The notes below the pieces were generated by a model, which saw nothing but the letters and a program-made list of their open reading frames with translations, was not told the DNA's origin and made no database searches. DNA of 60,862 bases, counting the filler, from Jimgerdemannia flammicorona (lineage: Eukaryota), in the NCBI GenBank assembly GCA_003990765.1. It is 3 parts of 3 records of this genome, joined end to end, with 100 filler letters (N's around TTAATTAATTAA, not from the genome) between each part and the next. Parts side by side here need not be neighbours in the genome. Positions count along the whole stretch, not along the records: positions 1 to 20,225 come from RBNJ01001732.1; 2 more parts are not named here. The stretch is one strand, 5' to 3'. The first letter of the stretch is position 1. The number at the start of each line of letters is the position of its first letter. A program made the translations under genes and the position numbers. Shown one piece after another: positions 1 through 14,371 of the stretch.

Positions 1-2293
1 TTTTTTTGGGGGCCAAAAGTGGTCAAAAGATTTTTTGGTATAGGTTTTGTGGCCGTCCTCCCCTCTTCGTGCAAACTCCGTCACATGTTTTTCCTATTGA
101 TCGGAAAAAACACAACGATGATCGCGCGAGCCTGTAATCATGTCGATCAGTTCTTTTGAACAGGAGGTCCATTAGTCAGCTGCTGTCGTTTAAACCGACT
201 CCATATCACTGATGTCGTTGTAGTTTGATAAATCCGGCCCAGCTTCCGAATCGCCTTGGTTTCACTAACCACATGAAATGCAGGTTATTTCCAGAGGATA
301 GATAAGAGGTTAAAATCGTGGTCGGGGGGAAAAATGGGCATTTTTCCAAATACTTATCTGTACATGTGCACTGTCCATGGGTGACGTTTGCACACAAACT
401 GCATCGTTTCGTTTTTGGTAGTATTACCTCTCTTGCAAGTGTAACCTCTTGGCGGTGGCACATACGAACAGCAGGTATCGTGCGCGTGATGTCGCAAATG
501 ATTTGGCTGAAAATTATTCAAGGGTCTCAGCCCTGGTTTATCTCACATCCAGTAGTTTAAAGGTTCCGCGGCTATCCAGATGAACTTGCTCGGTATTTTA
601 AATGACAAATGGCCCACCGTTACCGGAAAAAGAAAACAAGGGGAAAAAAGGAAAAAAAAGGAATGTGAAAACGACGTTTATGTCATCCAGATCTACGAGT
701 TAATTACCCATTGATATGTACACTTTGACATGGCAGAAAGCCAATCGTTTTTGTGAGACATGGGGGGCGTCAAACTCCTGTATGTCTTTTGCTTTGCAGC
801 ACTGTCGATCATTTTTTATCATACTCTATTGGACCATAACGTAAGTGTCAGTGATCACTGGTCCTCATTTCGGAACGTTTCAAGATTGACCAAACAATTG
901 ATAAGTGGAGCCGAGTCCAAGGGGGGAAAAAACAAAAAAAAAAAAAACACGCCACCTAGATTTTATTATTTCTCCTCTTCAAATCGTGTCCGTTCCGCTC
1001 TCAAAAATATATATCTTCTGGTCTCTGTACCAGCGTGTCCACGTTCTCGCATTCCATCGGCGGAAAGTTGAGTCCGAAATCTGGCTCAGGATCCATTGTG
1101 GCGCACCCAAAAGAGGATGTGTTTGGCTGTACCCGATCTTGAGTCCTAAAAAGGTTAGGTCACGGCTGAGGTGGCGCGTGGCGTCGTGGCGTATGCCAAA
1201 GCCTTAGAATAACGCCGAAAAAAAAAAAAAAAAGGGAGAGAGAGAGAAGATGGGATAAAAAAATCATTGGCCAAGTCGTAAATTAACAAGGGACCAGAAA
1301 TATATTGAAAATTTCAAAACAATTCAGCGTCATTATGGTTATCTCGGCCAGGAAAGTAATTGACACGGAGATTGAACACATCGTCGAGAACTCATTTTAG
1401 CAAAACAATTTATTTATTGTAGAAAGGTGCATGGGCCACATTTGAGGCATTTATAAAGAAAATGACGAAAACGTGGGAAACGTGCACAACGCCAGTGTTG
1501 TATAGACCAATTAGAACATCGGATCGTTGCGGTAAGGTGAAATATTATGAGCCGTCTTTCGTAATCAAAAATATATCAAGATGAAAGATGATTCGCACCC
1601 CCCCTTCCTCCCCCCTCCCCCCAAACTCTCTTCAGCCCCACCACAGTCCAATTTCGTCGTTTCCAAATGCGCCTCACAAAGTATCTTAGCATTAGCAAAG
1701 CTGGGTGTGGGGGGACTGATTATTTCAACGTGCTACAATAAGAACGAGTCACGGATTGCGGATCTATTCGCGAGCCCGTCGGTTCGCATCGGAAAAACAA
1801 ACCCGCAGATTGATGGCAACACAGATGTGAATGGAGCTACTCGGCTCACGTCGGCAAACCAGATTCGGTAAGGGCAATATGTACGCGAGGTAGCCTGGTA
1901 ATACGTGAGTTGCTTCGGCTAGATTATGATGGGACCGCGGATGCTCGTAAAGACGGGAGGTGAGAACAACCGCAAATTTCCGTACCTCGGAAGCGGGAAC
2001 ACCTCGATTTCCACAGGAATGGCGTGGCCAATTACCGGTTTTTTTTTTTGGGAGGTAGGAGGAATAATTGAGGCACTGTATAATAAACAAACATCAAGTT
2101 CGAAACTTCCGTCGAGGTTTGCAACGTAATCATAATAAAAATTCACAACAGGGAACACCACGAACCCAAACCTTGACATCTGAAGGGCGTGTGAATCCAT
2201 CAAAATTCGCCGTAATGATTTTTTTTTTTATCTGTATTGCTTATCTAATTGCTATTTAGGTATCCCAACTAACCCAGTCATAGAAATTCAGAA

Positions 2294-3516
<1,223 letters not shown>

Positions 3517-3689
3517 TTGGGTTTCTGGAGGTGGTGACTGTTGTAAGTCCATACAATAAACAACACCTTGGGTTGACTGTGTGACGTCACCATAGGCTGA
3601 CATCACCCACAGCCCAACAGTCTACCTCATAGCCATCCTACGGCTGTTACACTGCTCTTCCTTTTCCTTCCATTCTTGAACGGTTTACC
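3517..3689. promoter_or_regulatory. Compact bidirectional promoter between NDUFS8 and RPS26, with palindromic GTGACGTCAC (CRE/ATF-type site) at 3581-3590
   Basis: The two ATGs diverge 173 bp apart. The perfect 10-bp palindrome and a pyrimidine tract before the RPS26 ATG are seen directly; factor binding is inferred. Confidence 0.65.
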
Positions 3690-4707
3690 ATGGTATGTCG
3701 CCCAAAAATCCATCCATCCGTCCATCCGTTCATCCATTCATCCTCCATCCATTCCGTCCTAATCCCCGTTCGACGACCAAAAACCGGGTTTCACACCATT
3801 CACCATCAACACTACCATCAACCTCTCGACAAACGCACACCCTATGGGTGTTTGTATTGGCCTTTTAGACCACCAAGAGAAGAAACAACGGACGTAACAA
3901 GCACGGTCGCGGCCACACCAAGCCTGTCCGCTGCTCCAACTGCGCTCGCTGTGTGCCCAAGGTTCGTAGTGTAATGGCGCGTGTATGGTGATCACTGCTG
4001 GTTAGGACGGGTGGCGCAAGTTGTATACCTTGGTGTGTTGGAGTGACGCGCTGACTGTGTCGGGTTTCTGGCTGTCACAGGACAAGGCCATCAAGCGCTT
4101 CACCGTCCGCAACATGGTCGAAACCGCCGCCGTCCGTGACATTGAGGAGGCCTCTGTTTATGAAGGTTCGTAAACAGTCTTGCCTTAGCGCGATTCTTGC
4201 GGAGGTGCGGCGAGGGACAGGACAAAGTGGGCGGAGGCGGTGGACGGAAAGGGGGGAGGGGGAAGGAGAGGAGGAACGAAGGGGGAGACGAGACGAGGGT
4301 AGAGGAAGAGTATAGTGTGTGGCATCAATTTGGGAGAGGGTAAAGAAAGAACAAAAGGTTGCACCTTATGCTAGAAGGTTGTTCGATGTTTTTTAACGTG
4401 TCACTCAATTTTACAGTGTACAGTATTCCCAAGCTGTATATCAAACTGCATTACTGCATCTCGTGTGCCATCCACTCGCACGTTGTCCGCGCCCGTTCCG
4501 CCGAGGCCCGCCGCATCCGTGCACCGCCGCCGAGGTTCCGCTTCAACAAGGTACGTGTTACCCTCGAAACGGACACTGCATACTCTCTTGCTCTTCGATT
4601 TGTGCATTGTCTGATGCTCTCCGAGATGTTTACGTTGTCAAATCATCTTGGGCTTACAGGACGGCAAGAAGATCAATCCTGCCACTCAGCAGAAGGCTGC
4701 CGTCTAA
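3690..4707 (+). CDS. RPS26: 40S ribosomal protein eS26, 120 aa; exons 3690-3692, 3869-3961, 4081-4165, 4417-4550, 4660-4707
   Basis: Spliced product [46 protein letters not shown]...[24 protein letters not shown]...[20 protein letters not shown] introns; 363 nt including TAA. Confidence 0.97.
3708..3755 (+). repeat. Imperfect (CATC)n microsatellite in RPS26 intron 1
   Basis: atccatccatccgtccatccgttcatccattcatcctccatccattcc. Confidence 0.7.
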
Positions 4708-4750
4708 ACGAGAGACATGTATCTTTGGTCAGAATTTGTTACGGGGTTTC

Positions 4751-4756
4751 AATAAA
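4751..4756 (+). terminator. Candidate polyadenylation signal of RPS26
   Basis: AATAAA about 45 nt after the stop codon. Confidence 0.5.
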
Positions 4757-5149
4757 ACTGTTCCTTACCTTCTCTTCAGCCAATGACATAGGGTAGGGCT
4801 CGATGAAGAATAGAAGATCTTGGTAATATTATTGGGGGATGGAAAAGTGAGAGATTGGTCCACGGATCGAATTGATGTGAGCATGAATCTTAATTTGACA
4901 CTGTGAAAGACCTGGAGAAACGTAGGAACTCTACAAAATAATAATAGATGTAATGGGAAACTGGTGTCGTGGTCGTCTAGGAAGAGAAAGCGAATCGGAC
5001 GAATAGATTATATGCCATTGGTTTGGTAACTATTGCGGTATAGCGTACGTCGTACTTTGGAGCATCTCTCTTCCAAACTTTCTTAAAAAAGGTGATTTGG
5101 TAATGGCATCAAAGTATATATCTATCTAAGGATACCTGATTTATTGCAT

Positions 5150-5905
5150 ATATATCATCATTAACAATATTGATAAAATTGATTTCTTAAAAAATACTTA
5201 TTAATAAATTTACTTAGTAATATAAATATAAAAATATCTAAGAGAGTTATATAAATATGTAAGCAAAAGTATACATTATTTTATAAATAAATATTTTTAC
5301 ATTTTTCTCTTATATTATATTATCATCTATTTAATTTAATAAATATAATATTATTGTTATTATTAAGATTTTAATTAATAATTATAAATAAATCTTATTA
5401 ACTTTATTTATAAAAATAATCTAAATATATTTTTAATATATTTATCTATTTTATATTATAATAATACTATAGTTTAATCATTTAAATAATTTTAAGCTTT
5501 AGTTATTTAAAGTTAATATTAAAGCCAATAAAAATATTATAAAGATAAATACTAAAAATATATATATTAATAGTTTATTTATTTATTTAAACTAATAGTA
5601 TAAGATATTTTAATAAAATATTAAGCCTTTTATTATTTAATATATTAATATTTATAAATTAATTTTATTAAATAAACATTACTATTTATATATTATACTT
5701 AAATATTAATACTTAAATATAGTTTTAATATTATTTTAAAATTATTTATTAATAAAAATAATTAAATTAGATATTATTATATTAAATATTATTATATTAT
5801 TTTATTATTTTATAAAGATAAATATATTTTAGTTTATATTAAATTTATAAGTAATTATAAATTAATATATTTATATCTATATATATTATTCTATATAATA
5901 TAATA
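5150..5905. repeat. Extremely AT/TpA-rich terminally mutated repeat relic at the gene/TE boundary
   Basis: Roughly nine in ten bases are A/T by eye; no CpG and almost no CpA/TpG; no ORFs. Confidence 0.6.
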
Positions 5906-7363
5906 GTTAAGGATGAGCAGAATGAGAAGAGGTTGGAAATTAAGTATAACTTAGAAAATTACCAACTGATCTAACTGAAGTAATTACTTGAAGTCTTTCT
6001 CAATTATTACTATTAAATTAGAGACTATAAAGTCTATTATCAACTTCACAATAATATTATTATATATTTGTAGAAGAGAGAAAGAAATATATAAATTGAT
6101 TGATTATTTATAGTTGATTATATTGTTAATATAGTTTTTATAAATAAATCTGATTTATATATAGTTATAATGTTTTTATAAAAAATAAAAATAAAAACTC
6201 CTCAATCAAAGATATCTATCTTTCTATATAATCCTCTTCTACTTGGTCAGAATTATCTTTCTCTATAGATTATAGAACTCTTTTTGATCTTTATTCATTC
6301 TTGAGATAAATTTTAATATGATCAACTCATCTATAGTTTAATCTAGAGTTTCAAACTTATAGCAGATCTCCTTTGCTATCAAATCTCTATTATTTACTAC
6401 TCTCTATAATACTTCTTCTATTCTCTCTCTCTTTCTCTTATTTTTCTCTTTTACAGTCTTCTTACTTATTAAATACTCTTCTCTCTCCTTACCTATTACT
6501 TCAGAATTATCAAACTTTTTAAAGTTCTTAGAAACCTCTTTATATATAAAAGTTATTCTATTTCTTAGCATTCTTGAGAATATTTTAGCAGTGGTTGAGT
6601 AAAAAGACAGAATTAATAGTAGTAAGATAGAGATACTTTATATCTTAAATCTAAAAATATTTAGAAAATTAGATAAAATATACTCTTATCTCAGACTATC
6701 TTTCTACTCTATCTCATTCTTCTCTTTACAAACAACATACCTTATTTAGGATTATCTTCTTACATTTCTCACAACTCTCAATTTAAGCTATAATATTTCA
6801 AAATTTGCTAACTACTTTTGAGATAAAATCCCAGCAATTAGAGAGTAAGTTTTCTATATATTCTATCTCTATCTCCTTGAACTTATTGTAGTATTAGTAG
6901 ATCTTCTATCAGAATATCATAGTCTTCTATCTGATATCAGTTACTAGATTTTGCAAGATATGTATTTAGCTAAGAGTAATAGAGTTACTTATTCTTTAAG
7001 ATAGAGAAATTCTTTCTCTTTCTTTTCTTAAGATCAGAGAGTAGAGATAAAGAGAGATATATATAAGAAGATCATTAAGAAGAGGCTAGTAAAATTAGTA
7101 GAGAAATATAACAAGTTATCTAGTCATACTTAGGAAGTAAGAAATGAGAGATTATAAAATACACTCATTTTATATATTTATCTCTACTACTATATTTAGG
7201 AGAACTGATGTATATTTTACTCTATATTAGATTTAATACTTTAAAAATCAATAATATTTTAATGAAAATTTTAACAGATCTATTGAAGATACTCTAAGTA
7301 GTATATAAGATATATATTATCTTTATTAAAATTGGTAGTCTTAATGATATATATACTATATAT
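5906..7363. other. Unassigned degenerate CpG-free repeat relic
   Basis: Same erosion signature as the neighbouring TEs; I could not recognise a domain. Confidence 0.35.
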
Positions 7364-10037
7364 TATGATAGTTGATCTGAATTAAGAATATGAATCAGAG
7401 AAATTAGATATTTGATTATGATATCTGAATCCAATTCCTGATATAGTATAGCCTTATAAATAGCAATTATTGTTATTTCACAACTGTTAAAGTTTTTGAA
7501 AATGTTGAACTCTTTGTAGATATTGAAGATTTTGCAGATATTAAAAGATTCAACACTTGCAAAAAGTGACTTATAACATAGTCATAACTTAGCTATCTTA
7601 TAGCTAACAAATTTGTATAAATAACCCAGTATCTTAGAATAAATAAACCTTAGATTGAAATAGTTCAAAGTAAAGAGAAAGTAAAGAAAATAGTAAGCCT
7701 GTGGGCAGATATACTTTGAACTCACCCACCTCTATATTTGAGGACTCTACAGAGTTAAAGAAGATCAAGTTTTCAAGATACAGAAATCTGACATACTTCC
7801 AAGGTTAAGCATCTGCTACATTATAACTTGGTGCCTATTAGTTGGTAATTTAAGATGAATCTCTCACTTTCAAGCTGAACAATGAATAACTACTACTATC
7901 CAAACAACTGTATGTATAACGAGACATCTAGACAAGATAGATATGAGACCACCAGTATTCCACAGTTATACTTTAGATAAATCAATCATCACCTTTATCA
8001 ATAATTTTGAGCAATATACTACTGTAAGAGGTCTGACAGCAAGGCAGCAAGTAACTCTCATGCTTTTTAGTCTGTAAGGACTAGCAAGAGTAGCATTCAC
8101 AGTAGCAATCTATATAGGAAATGTATGATACTATACTAGCAGCATAGAAGACCTGGCTCTGGACCACATACTATATAAATAAGATCAAGTAGGCACTGAA
8201 GGATTAGCTCAATACAACATATCAAGGAATGAGTAAGGATCCAAATATATTCTATACCAGAATCTGATATTAGATAATTCTTGCAGATTATGCTATCACC
8301 ATTAGAGACCAAGTAGTTGAAGTAATCTTTATGAAAGAAATCCACTCATAAATAGCTCTGGTCATCCACTCATCACCAATAGTCTTAGATCTGATACAGA
8401 AGATCACCTATGCTTAGCAATACTAGATAGCTAGACACTTATAAGACCATATAATAGAGAGAGTAACTGGAGTTAGAATCAAAACACCCAAGACAACTAG
8501 TATGATCTTTATCATAGTGATTAATTAAAATATACCTCAACTAAGAGCTACTGAATAACAGAGAAATAGTGACCCCATAGAGGAACTCATAAAGCATTTT
8601 GCTAAAATAACTGCCCACCTAGGAGATGTGATCAAGGAAATCAAAAGAAGAGACTGCCACCTAGTTCAGAAATTTACTGCTATCTCAGACAAAAAGAGAG
8701 ATACCTGTTACACCTGTGGAGAAGAGAACCACTACTTATATAAATGTATGAGTGAAACTAAGTACAAGGCACAGTCAAGCAATACTACTTAAAATAAGAA
8801 ACAGGCTAATATCATCATCTTCAAAAAGATTGGAGAATCAGATGAAGAGAAATGAGAGACCTATTCTGTACAGACCACTAAGAAGGATGTCTGCAAAGAA
8901 CCCTACAAGAGACCACCAGGGAGACTCAAGAAGAACTCTGTGAAAAAGCAGATAGAGACTGCTACAGAAAGTCAAGGTGAAAAAATGGATCAAGATATGG
9001 AGTTAGAATAGGCTGTTCAAGATATTATCCAAGAAACTACTCTAGCTAGTGAAGGAGAAAAGAAGAAGAAGCTTTGCAAAACCAAGACCTTTAAGTATAA
9101 TATCTTCAAGAATCTCAGTTAATAAAAGATCAATACAACCTTTGGTCAGCTTATAAAAATATCTACATTTAGATAGCAAATGAGATATAGACTTGCTGAA
9201 ACAACCAAGAAGTAAGAATGAAAGATAACTGAGACCAACAATGTTCAAGAAGACTCAGGAGAAGAAAGTAAAGATAACCATAAAACCTCTACCTATACAA
9301 CTTGTCAAATTAAAGATAGAGTCTTCAAGGCTATTATTAATACAGGAGCAGGAGAATGCCTCCTCAGTAAGAAAGTAACAAACCACCTAGATTGGGAAGT
9401 TGAAGAAGCAATCAAATTGGTATTTATCATAGCAGATGGTATAAGAGCCACATCTCTAGAAAAGATCTAAGATGTCTCCATCAAGTTCAGAAGAGCAACC
9501 ATCTCAGTAGATGTAATCATGACCAATACAACTAACTATAACATTCTCATTAGCAATCAATGGCTTCACAAAGCCAAGGTAATAATTGATCTAAATGCCT
9601 AGAAGATATAGATCATCTACTATAGACAGAAGATATAAATTCCCATCAATGTCAATAAAGGAGTTCTGCCCAAGATGGAGGAAGAAGAGAGTGAACAAAA
9701 GGAAGCCTATATAGTGACAACCCAGAAAAAGAAGAAAATCAGATAGGTGAGCAAAGAAGACTAGTGTAAGAAAATTATAGAAGGATATACACCACAAGAA
9801 GTCTGCCCCCATAGAATCTGAATATACTATATAGAGTATGTCAATGAATGTTACTAATGTATTGACAAAATCAAGGAAATCTACTACCAAAAAAGAGAGA
9901 AGGCCCTTGAGAAACAGGTAAGAGAAGAAAAGATAATAAAAGAAGAGGAGGAAGAGGATGATGAACCACTAGCTTTCCTTGAAGATAGTAATGATGAAGA
10001 GAAAATCAAGATCAAGATTTAGAAGATTCACTCTGAT
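7364..10037 (+). mobile_element. Ty3/gypsy family A, 5' portion (A1): LTR 7364-7825, PBS-like TGG at 7829, decayed gag, Zn knuckle and protease, ending at the start of the dUTPase
   Basis: Collinear with the reverse complement of 28670-31330; CYTCGEENHYLYKC near 8706; protease-like IINTGAGECLLS near 9335; cut at 10037 by a family B LTR. Confidence 0.88.
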
Positions 10038-11408
10038 TATAAGAGAGTTGCTTTTTAGAGTAACCATTACATAGTTCTGAAAGGGTTTTCTGGAAGTTCT
10101 GGATATTCTGGAAGACTATTTTCTTTAAGGTCAAGATCAATTTTATATGGAGTACATCCTCTATACTTATTGATTTTAAGATCAGGTTGATGTAAGAGGG
10201 TTGCTTTTTAGGGTAACCATTACATAGTTTTGGAAGTGTTTTCTGGAAGTTCTGGATGTTCTGGAAGACTGTTTTCTTATGGTCAAGATCAATTTTGTAT
10301 GGAGTACATCCTCTATACTTATTGATTTTAAGATCAGGTTGATGTCTCAACCAAAGTCCTTTTTCAGACTAGTTCTAGATATTTAGGATTTTCTGTATTT
10401 CAGGAAGTTCAAAAAACTAAGACCAGCTTAGTTGAATTGGCATATCACTGCAGACAATACCCAATTAGGAAATTTTGTAATGGAGTTAGGAGTAGGACCT
10501 AATAGAGAGCAGATTTACTTAAGAGTGGTTTATGGGTTAATAAATAGGTTTATTCACTATTCATGATATTACTATACTAGGAGTAGTTATATAAAGAGAT
10601 ATTGTGGGAAAGTATTCAGGAGTTGTATTCAGATTGTTCAAGTATTCAAGTCTGAGATTCTGAGATCTGGGGGAAGAGGTATTTATACTAGTGAGGGGCT
10701 ATCTAAGCTATACTAGATATAGATGTAGTACTTAGTGCTTTGCTGAGTTGGAATGCAATCATATAGGACAAGTGTGATCTGATATATCAAGAGATCATCT
10801 GACTGCTGAGTCAATTCACAGTTATATTATATAAGGCTAATCTAACTATACTATGACTGCTAAACTATTTATAGATTTAGATGCTGTCTGGATAGTCCTT
10901 GATGACATCACTATTGATGGCATCATCTTTGATGATGTAGTCATCTAGAAAGAGTTGTTTGCAGATTAATTCTTCTTATTTGCTAAGATAGTAATACATT
11001 GGAACTTCATCACCATCCCACAGGATAGTATCATTTGTCTCATATGCTGAATATGGAGTTGGTGGGTAAAGGAGTGGTACATCATCTTCACTTTCATCAG
11101 ATTCACTGTCTATATATCTTTTATAGGTTATAGTACTATGAGTCATAGAGTTGTAGTAAGCTGGCAACTGTAGTTCATATCACTCATACTCAAGTGGTAG
11201 AGTGGTTGGTTTGATCCCAAGGATTGTCTGAAGGTATAGGTTGTATTCTCTGGTCTCTTCATTATAGTTAAAGTAATCAGGGGTAAATGTGGGCTAGTAT
11301 TTATGCCAGTAGTCATTATCCTAATAAGTCTCATATATGGTTATGAACTGTTGTAAATTCATCAGCAAGGTTGATGATATGATCAGGGTTGGCAGAGATC
11401 CTTGGCTT
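10038..11408 (-). mobile_element. Family B LTR, 3' portion (B0), with its terminal ~153 bp duplicated (10038-10190 and 10191-10343)
   Basis: Matches 47077-48291 throughout, including the C-terminal part of the LTR ORF (..DSESDESEDDVPLLYPPTPY..WDGDEVPMYYYLSK*); truncated by LINE C1. Confidence 0.88.
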
Positions 11409-11409
11409 G

Positions 11410-14371
11410 TCATTTCTTCTTTTCTCCTATACAATTCATATTACACAAACTTCAAGCAACAGTTTTCAACACAACTCAGAGAAAAGGTACTATAAGAATA
11501 TTATTGAGCAAGAGTTCTGAAGGGTGTACTGGATCAGGTGGACCTAGGGCTTTTGGCTGACAGCATGTGGAGAGAGGTTATGGATTAGGGATGGGAGCTT
11601 TTGGAGGATCAAAGGGTGGAGAAGGCTCTGGAAGAGGACCAGTATCAGGTGGATCTGAGGGAAGGCCTGGTCCCTCCAGCTTTGCTGACAAGATAAAGGC
11701 AAGTGGATGGTCTGCTGGAACCAGGACTGGTACTGCTGAGGGGAAGGGCAAGGCTAGCATCAGGAGAGGGAGTGGCCCTCAGGTGGGAGATGTGAGTATA
11801 GGGGCTAGAGGGGCTGTGGCTGGGGGTGTAACTATTGATGGGAGTGTGATAGAGAATCAGGAAAAAAAAAGAGATGTGACAGCTGATGGCCAGGGAGTGC
11901 AGGGGTTCCTGATGTGGAAGAGGGACCTGACAGATGGTGTAACAGGGCTGGCAGTAGCCCTGTTGCTCAAGAAGTCAATCTCAGAGTTTGTGGCTACCTT
12001 GTGCTTCTGGGGCTTAGTGGTGATGGCAAGAATGGTCCTAGGGCTTATTTTGAAGTAGGTGGCTGGGGCAGCCTTGGTGAAGTTCCTGAAGGGTCTAAAG
12101 GGAGTTGAGGTGGGCTTTGAGGAAGTGGGCCCACTGGACAAGGCCCTGAAGACTAGAGTAGTGGTAGGGGAAGTAGTGGTCCCCATGATGCAGGACTTGA
12201 GGTGGGACCCCAGGGTGGTGCAGCTTCTGGTGAGGGGGGTGTCTATGGTGATGAGAGAGAAGACTAGGAGGAGGGTAGAGGAGATGATGGTAGAGTATGG
12301 CAATATGGTGAATATTGGCTTTCAGATGTGAGAGGGGACCACATTCAGGATAGGCAATGTCAATGTCAGGATTCAGCTAGCAGGGAAGGAGGTTACAGAG
12401 AAGATAAGTAACTGGCCCTTGGTGCTGATGTGGGGGGCTTTTGTCTGTAAGGTGTCGAGGGTGAAAGGGAGTGAAGAGGAGGAGGAGGACTTGTTAGAGA
12501 CTCTAGAGAAGTTGAGTGGTGCTGTAGAGAGGAGGACAAAAGCCTGGAAGCTATATGAAGAGTTGATGTATCTGGAGATTGTGGATGGGAAATATATCCA
12601 TCTGACAGGAGGCAGTGGGAGTGGGCCCAGGGGTACAAGAGGCAGAGGGAGCTTTTGGCTAGTATGAAAGGAGGAATGAAGAAGAAGGTGGATGGGACTG
12701 AGGAGTCTAGAGGTATCAAAGCTAGCATCTGGGCTAGCAAAGGAGGAGAGGAGGTGGAGGCAAATGAGGAAGGGGCTGGGAAGATACTGGGCAAGAATCT
12801 CTATACTGATGGTATATTCAAAGTTTGGGAGCAGGATTTGGATGACACCCTCTCCCCACTTATCAGGAGGGGCCTGGTTGGGAAGAGAGGGGCAGCAGAG
12901 GATGTGCTGATACAGGGGGCCCAGTAAGTTTACTTTGGGGTCCCAGATGTGGCAAAAGGGGGCCAGGTGGTGGCAGTTGAGGAGGACGAGCTAGTGGATG
13001 TCCCAGAGGAGAAGTGGGATGAGGCTGCTAGTGTGGGAGCAGATACCATGATGCTGGATGCGGGGCAGCCAGGGACTCCTGGAGAGAAGGAGGTGGAGAA
13101 CCTGCTGTGGATGAGCAAGGTGATGGATAACCTTGTAGCTGAGGAGTTGGGAGATGTTGACTTGCATGTGATGCTAGAGGAGCATTGGGCACAGATTCTG
13201 TGGGGGGAGGGAGTGGTGGAGACACTGAAGGTGGAGATTCTTGCTATTTTCATAGAGGAGAAGAAATATGAGGTTAATAAGGTGAGAGAGGCAGAGCTGG
13301 CAGTAGTTGCTAGTGAGCAAGTAGCCTATTGTTGAGCAGAGCATTATAGTTTGCAACTCTGACAAGAGGTGTGCCTAGAGTATTATGAGGACTTCAAGGA
13401 AAAGGAGGATGGGGCAATGGCTGAACTTCTGAAAGAGTTGGAGGCATGGGCAGCTGAGGAGAAGGTGCTGGCTGCTAAACATGACTTAGACTTGGTACAG
13501 GAGGAGTTGAATGTGGATTTGTAGAGGCTGTGACTGATAAATCAACATTATTCCTAATGAATAGTATAACTAACATTTTCTCTCTGAATGTGAATGGATT
13601 GCAGAGTTCTGGGTGATATAAGAACATTTTTACTTGGCTTAAGAGATTGGAGGCTGATCTCTTTTTACTGCAAGATGTATAGTATGAGAATGAGATAGAT
13701 CAAGTGGAGTGGACTAGAGAATAGAGAGGAGCCTCTGCTTGGAATAGCAAAGTGGTGATTCTGGTGAGAAAGGGCAGAGGGGACTTGAGTGGGATTTAGA
13801 GCTGGAGTGACTATTTGGTCTAGGGAGAATGGTATTAACCTGGGTGGGAATTAGTAAAGGTTGGCTCCTGCTACTGCCCTGTGGTTAGGGGTGAGTGGAT
13901 TGAGTAGATTAGGGATCTGTTAGAAGAGGATGTCTTCTTGGAGGAAGGTGTCAATGTTCTGGGGGGTGACTTTAATATAGTGTGGGATCTACAGCTGAAT
14001 CAAACTGATGGAGAGAGGAGTGCAGGTGGAAGGAGTGGTGGATTAGATAAGTGAGAGGAGGTGGAGACCCTTAGCTCCTTAGAGGATATGGGCAGAACAC
14101 AGTAGGGTGACAAGAGGGTCTACATATATATACTGGGTGAATGGATTGGAGACAATAATTGACTAGATTCTAATGACTGAATGTTGGGGTATTGATGTTT
14201 GAAGGATATTGGCAGTAGAGTAGTGCCCTTGGTCTAACCACTGGGGGCTATTGGGGCAGAGACAGTTTGGGGGGAGTGGAGATGGACCTAGACATTGGTG
14301 CCTTAACTCCTCCTTGCTGGCCAAGCAGGGTTTGTGAGACCTATGGGTAGCAGATATCCAAGTGAAGATTG
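11410..14371 (+). mobile_element. L1/Tx1-like LINE piece C1: 5' UTR, decayed ORF1 (stop 13522-13524), APE endonuclease part of ORF2 (ATG 13557)
   Basis: ORF2 starts MNSITNIFSLNVNGL..LFLLQD and has GGDFN and IDxIL..SNHW APE motifs; homologous to 14372-17300 and 55120-58050. Confidence 0.88.

Noticed and set aside
1..2290. Short ORFs in the left region
   Set aside because: No recognisable motifs, homopolymer runs, and no coherent exon chain found; treated as intergenic or UTR.
3517..3606. Upstream in-frame start extending NDUFS8 (ORF 2941-3606)
   Set aside because: The extension is acidic and lies in the shared promoter; Met at 3516 begins a typical presequence.
3962..4659. Possible intronic snoRNAs in RPS26
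   Set aside because: No convincing C/D box pair with terminal stem or H/ACA structure; the CTGA in intron 2 is part of a branch-point-like GCTGAC.
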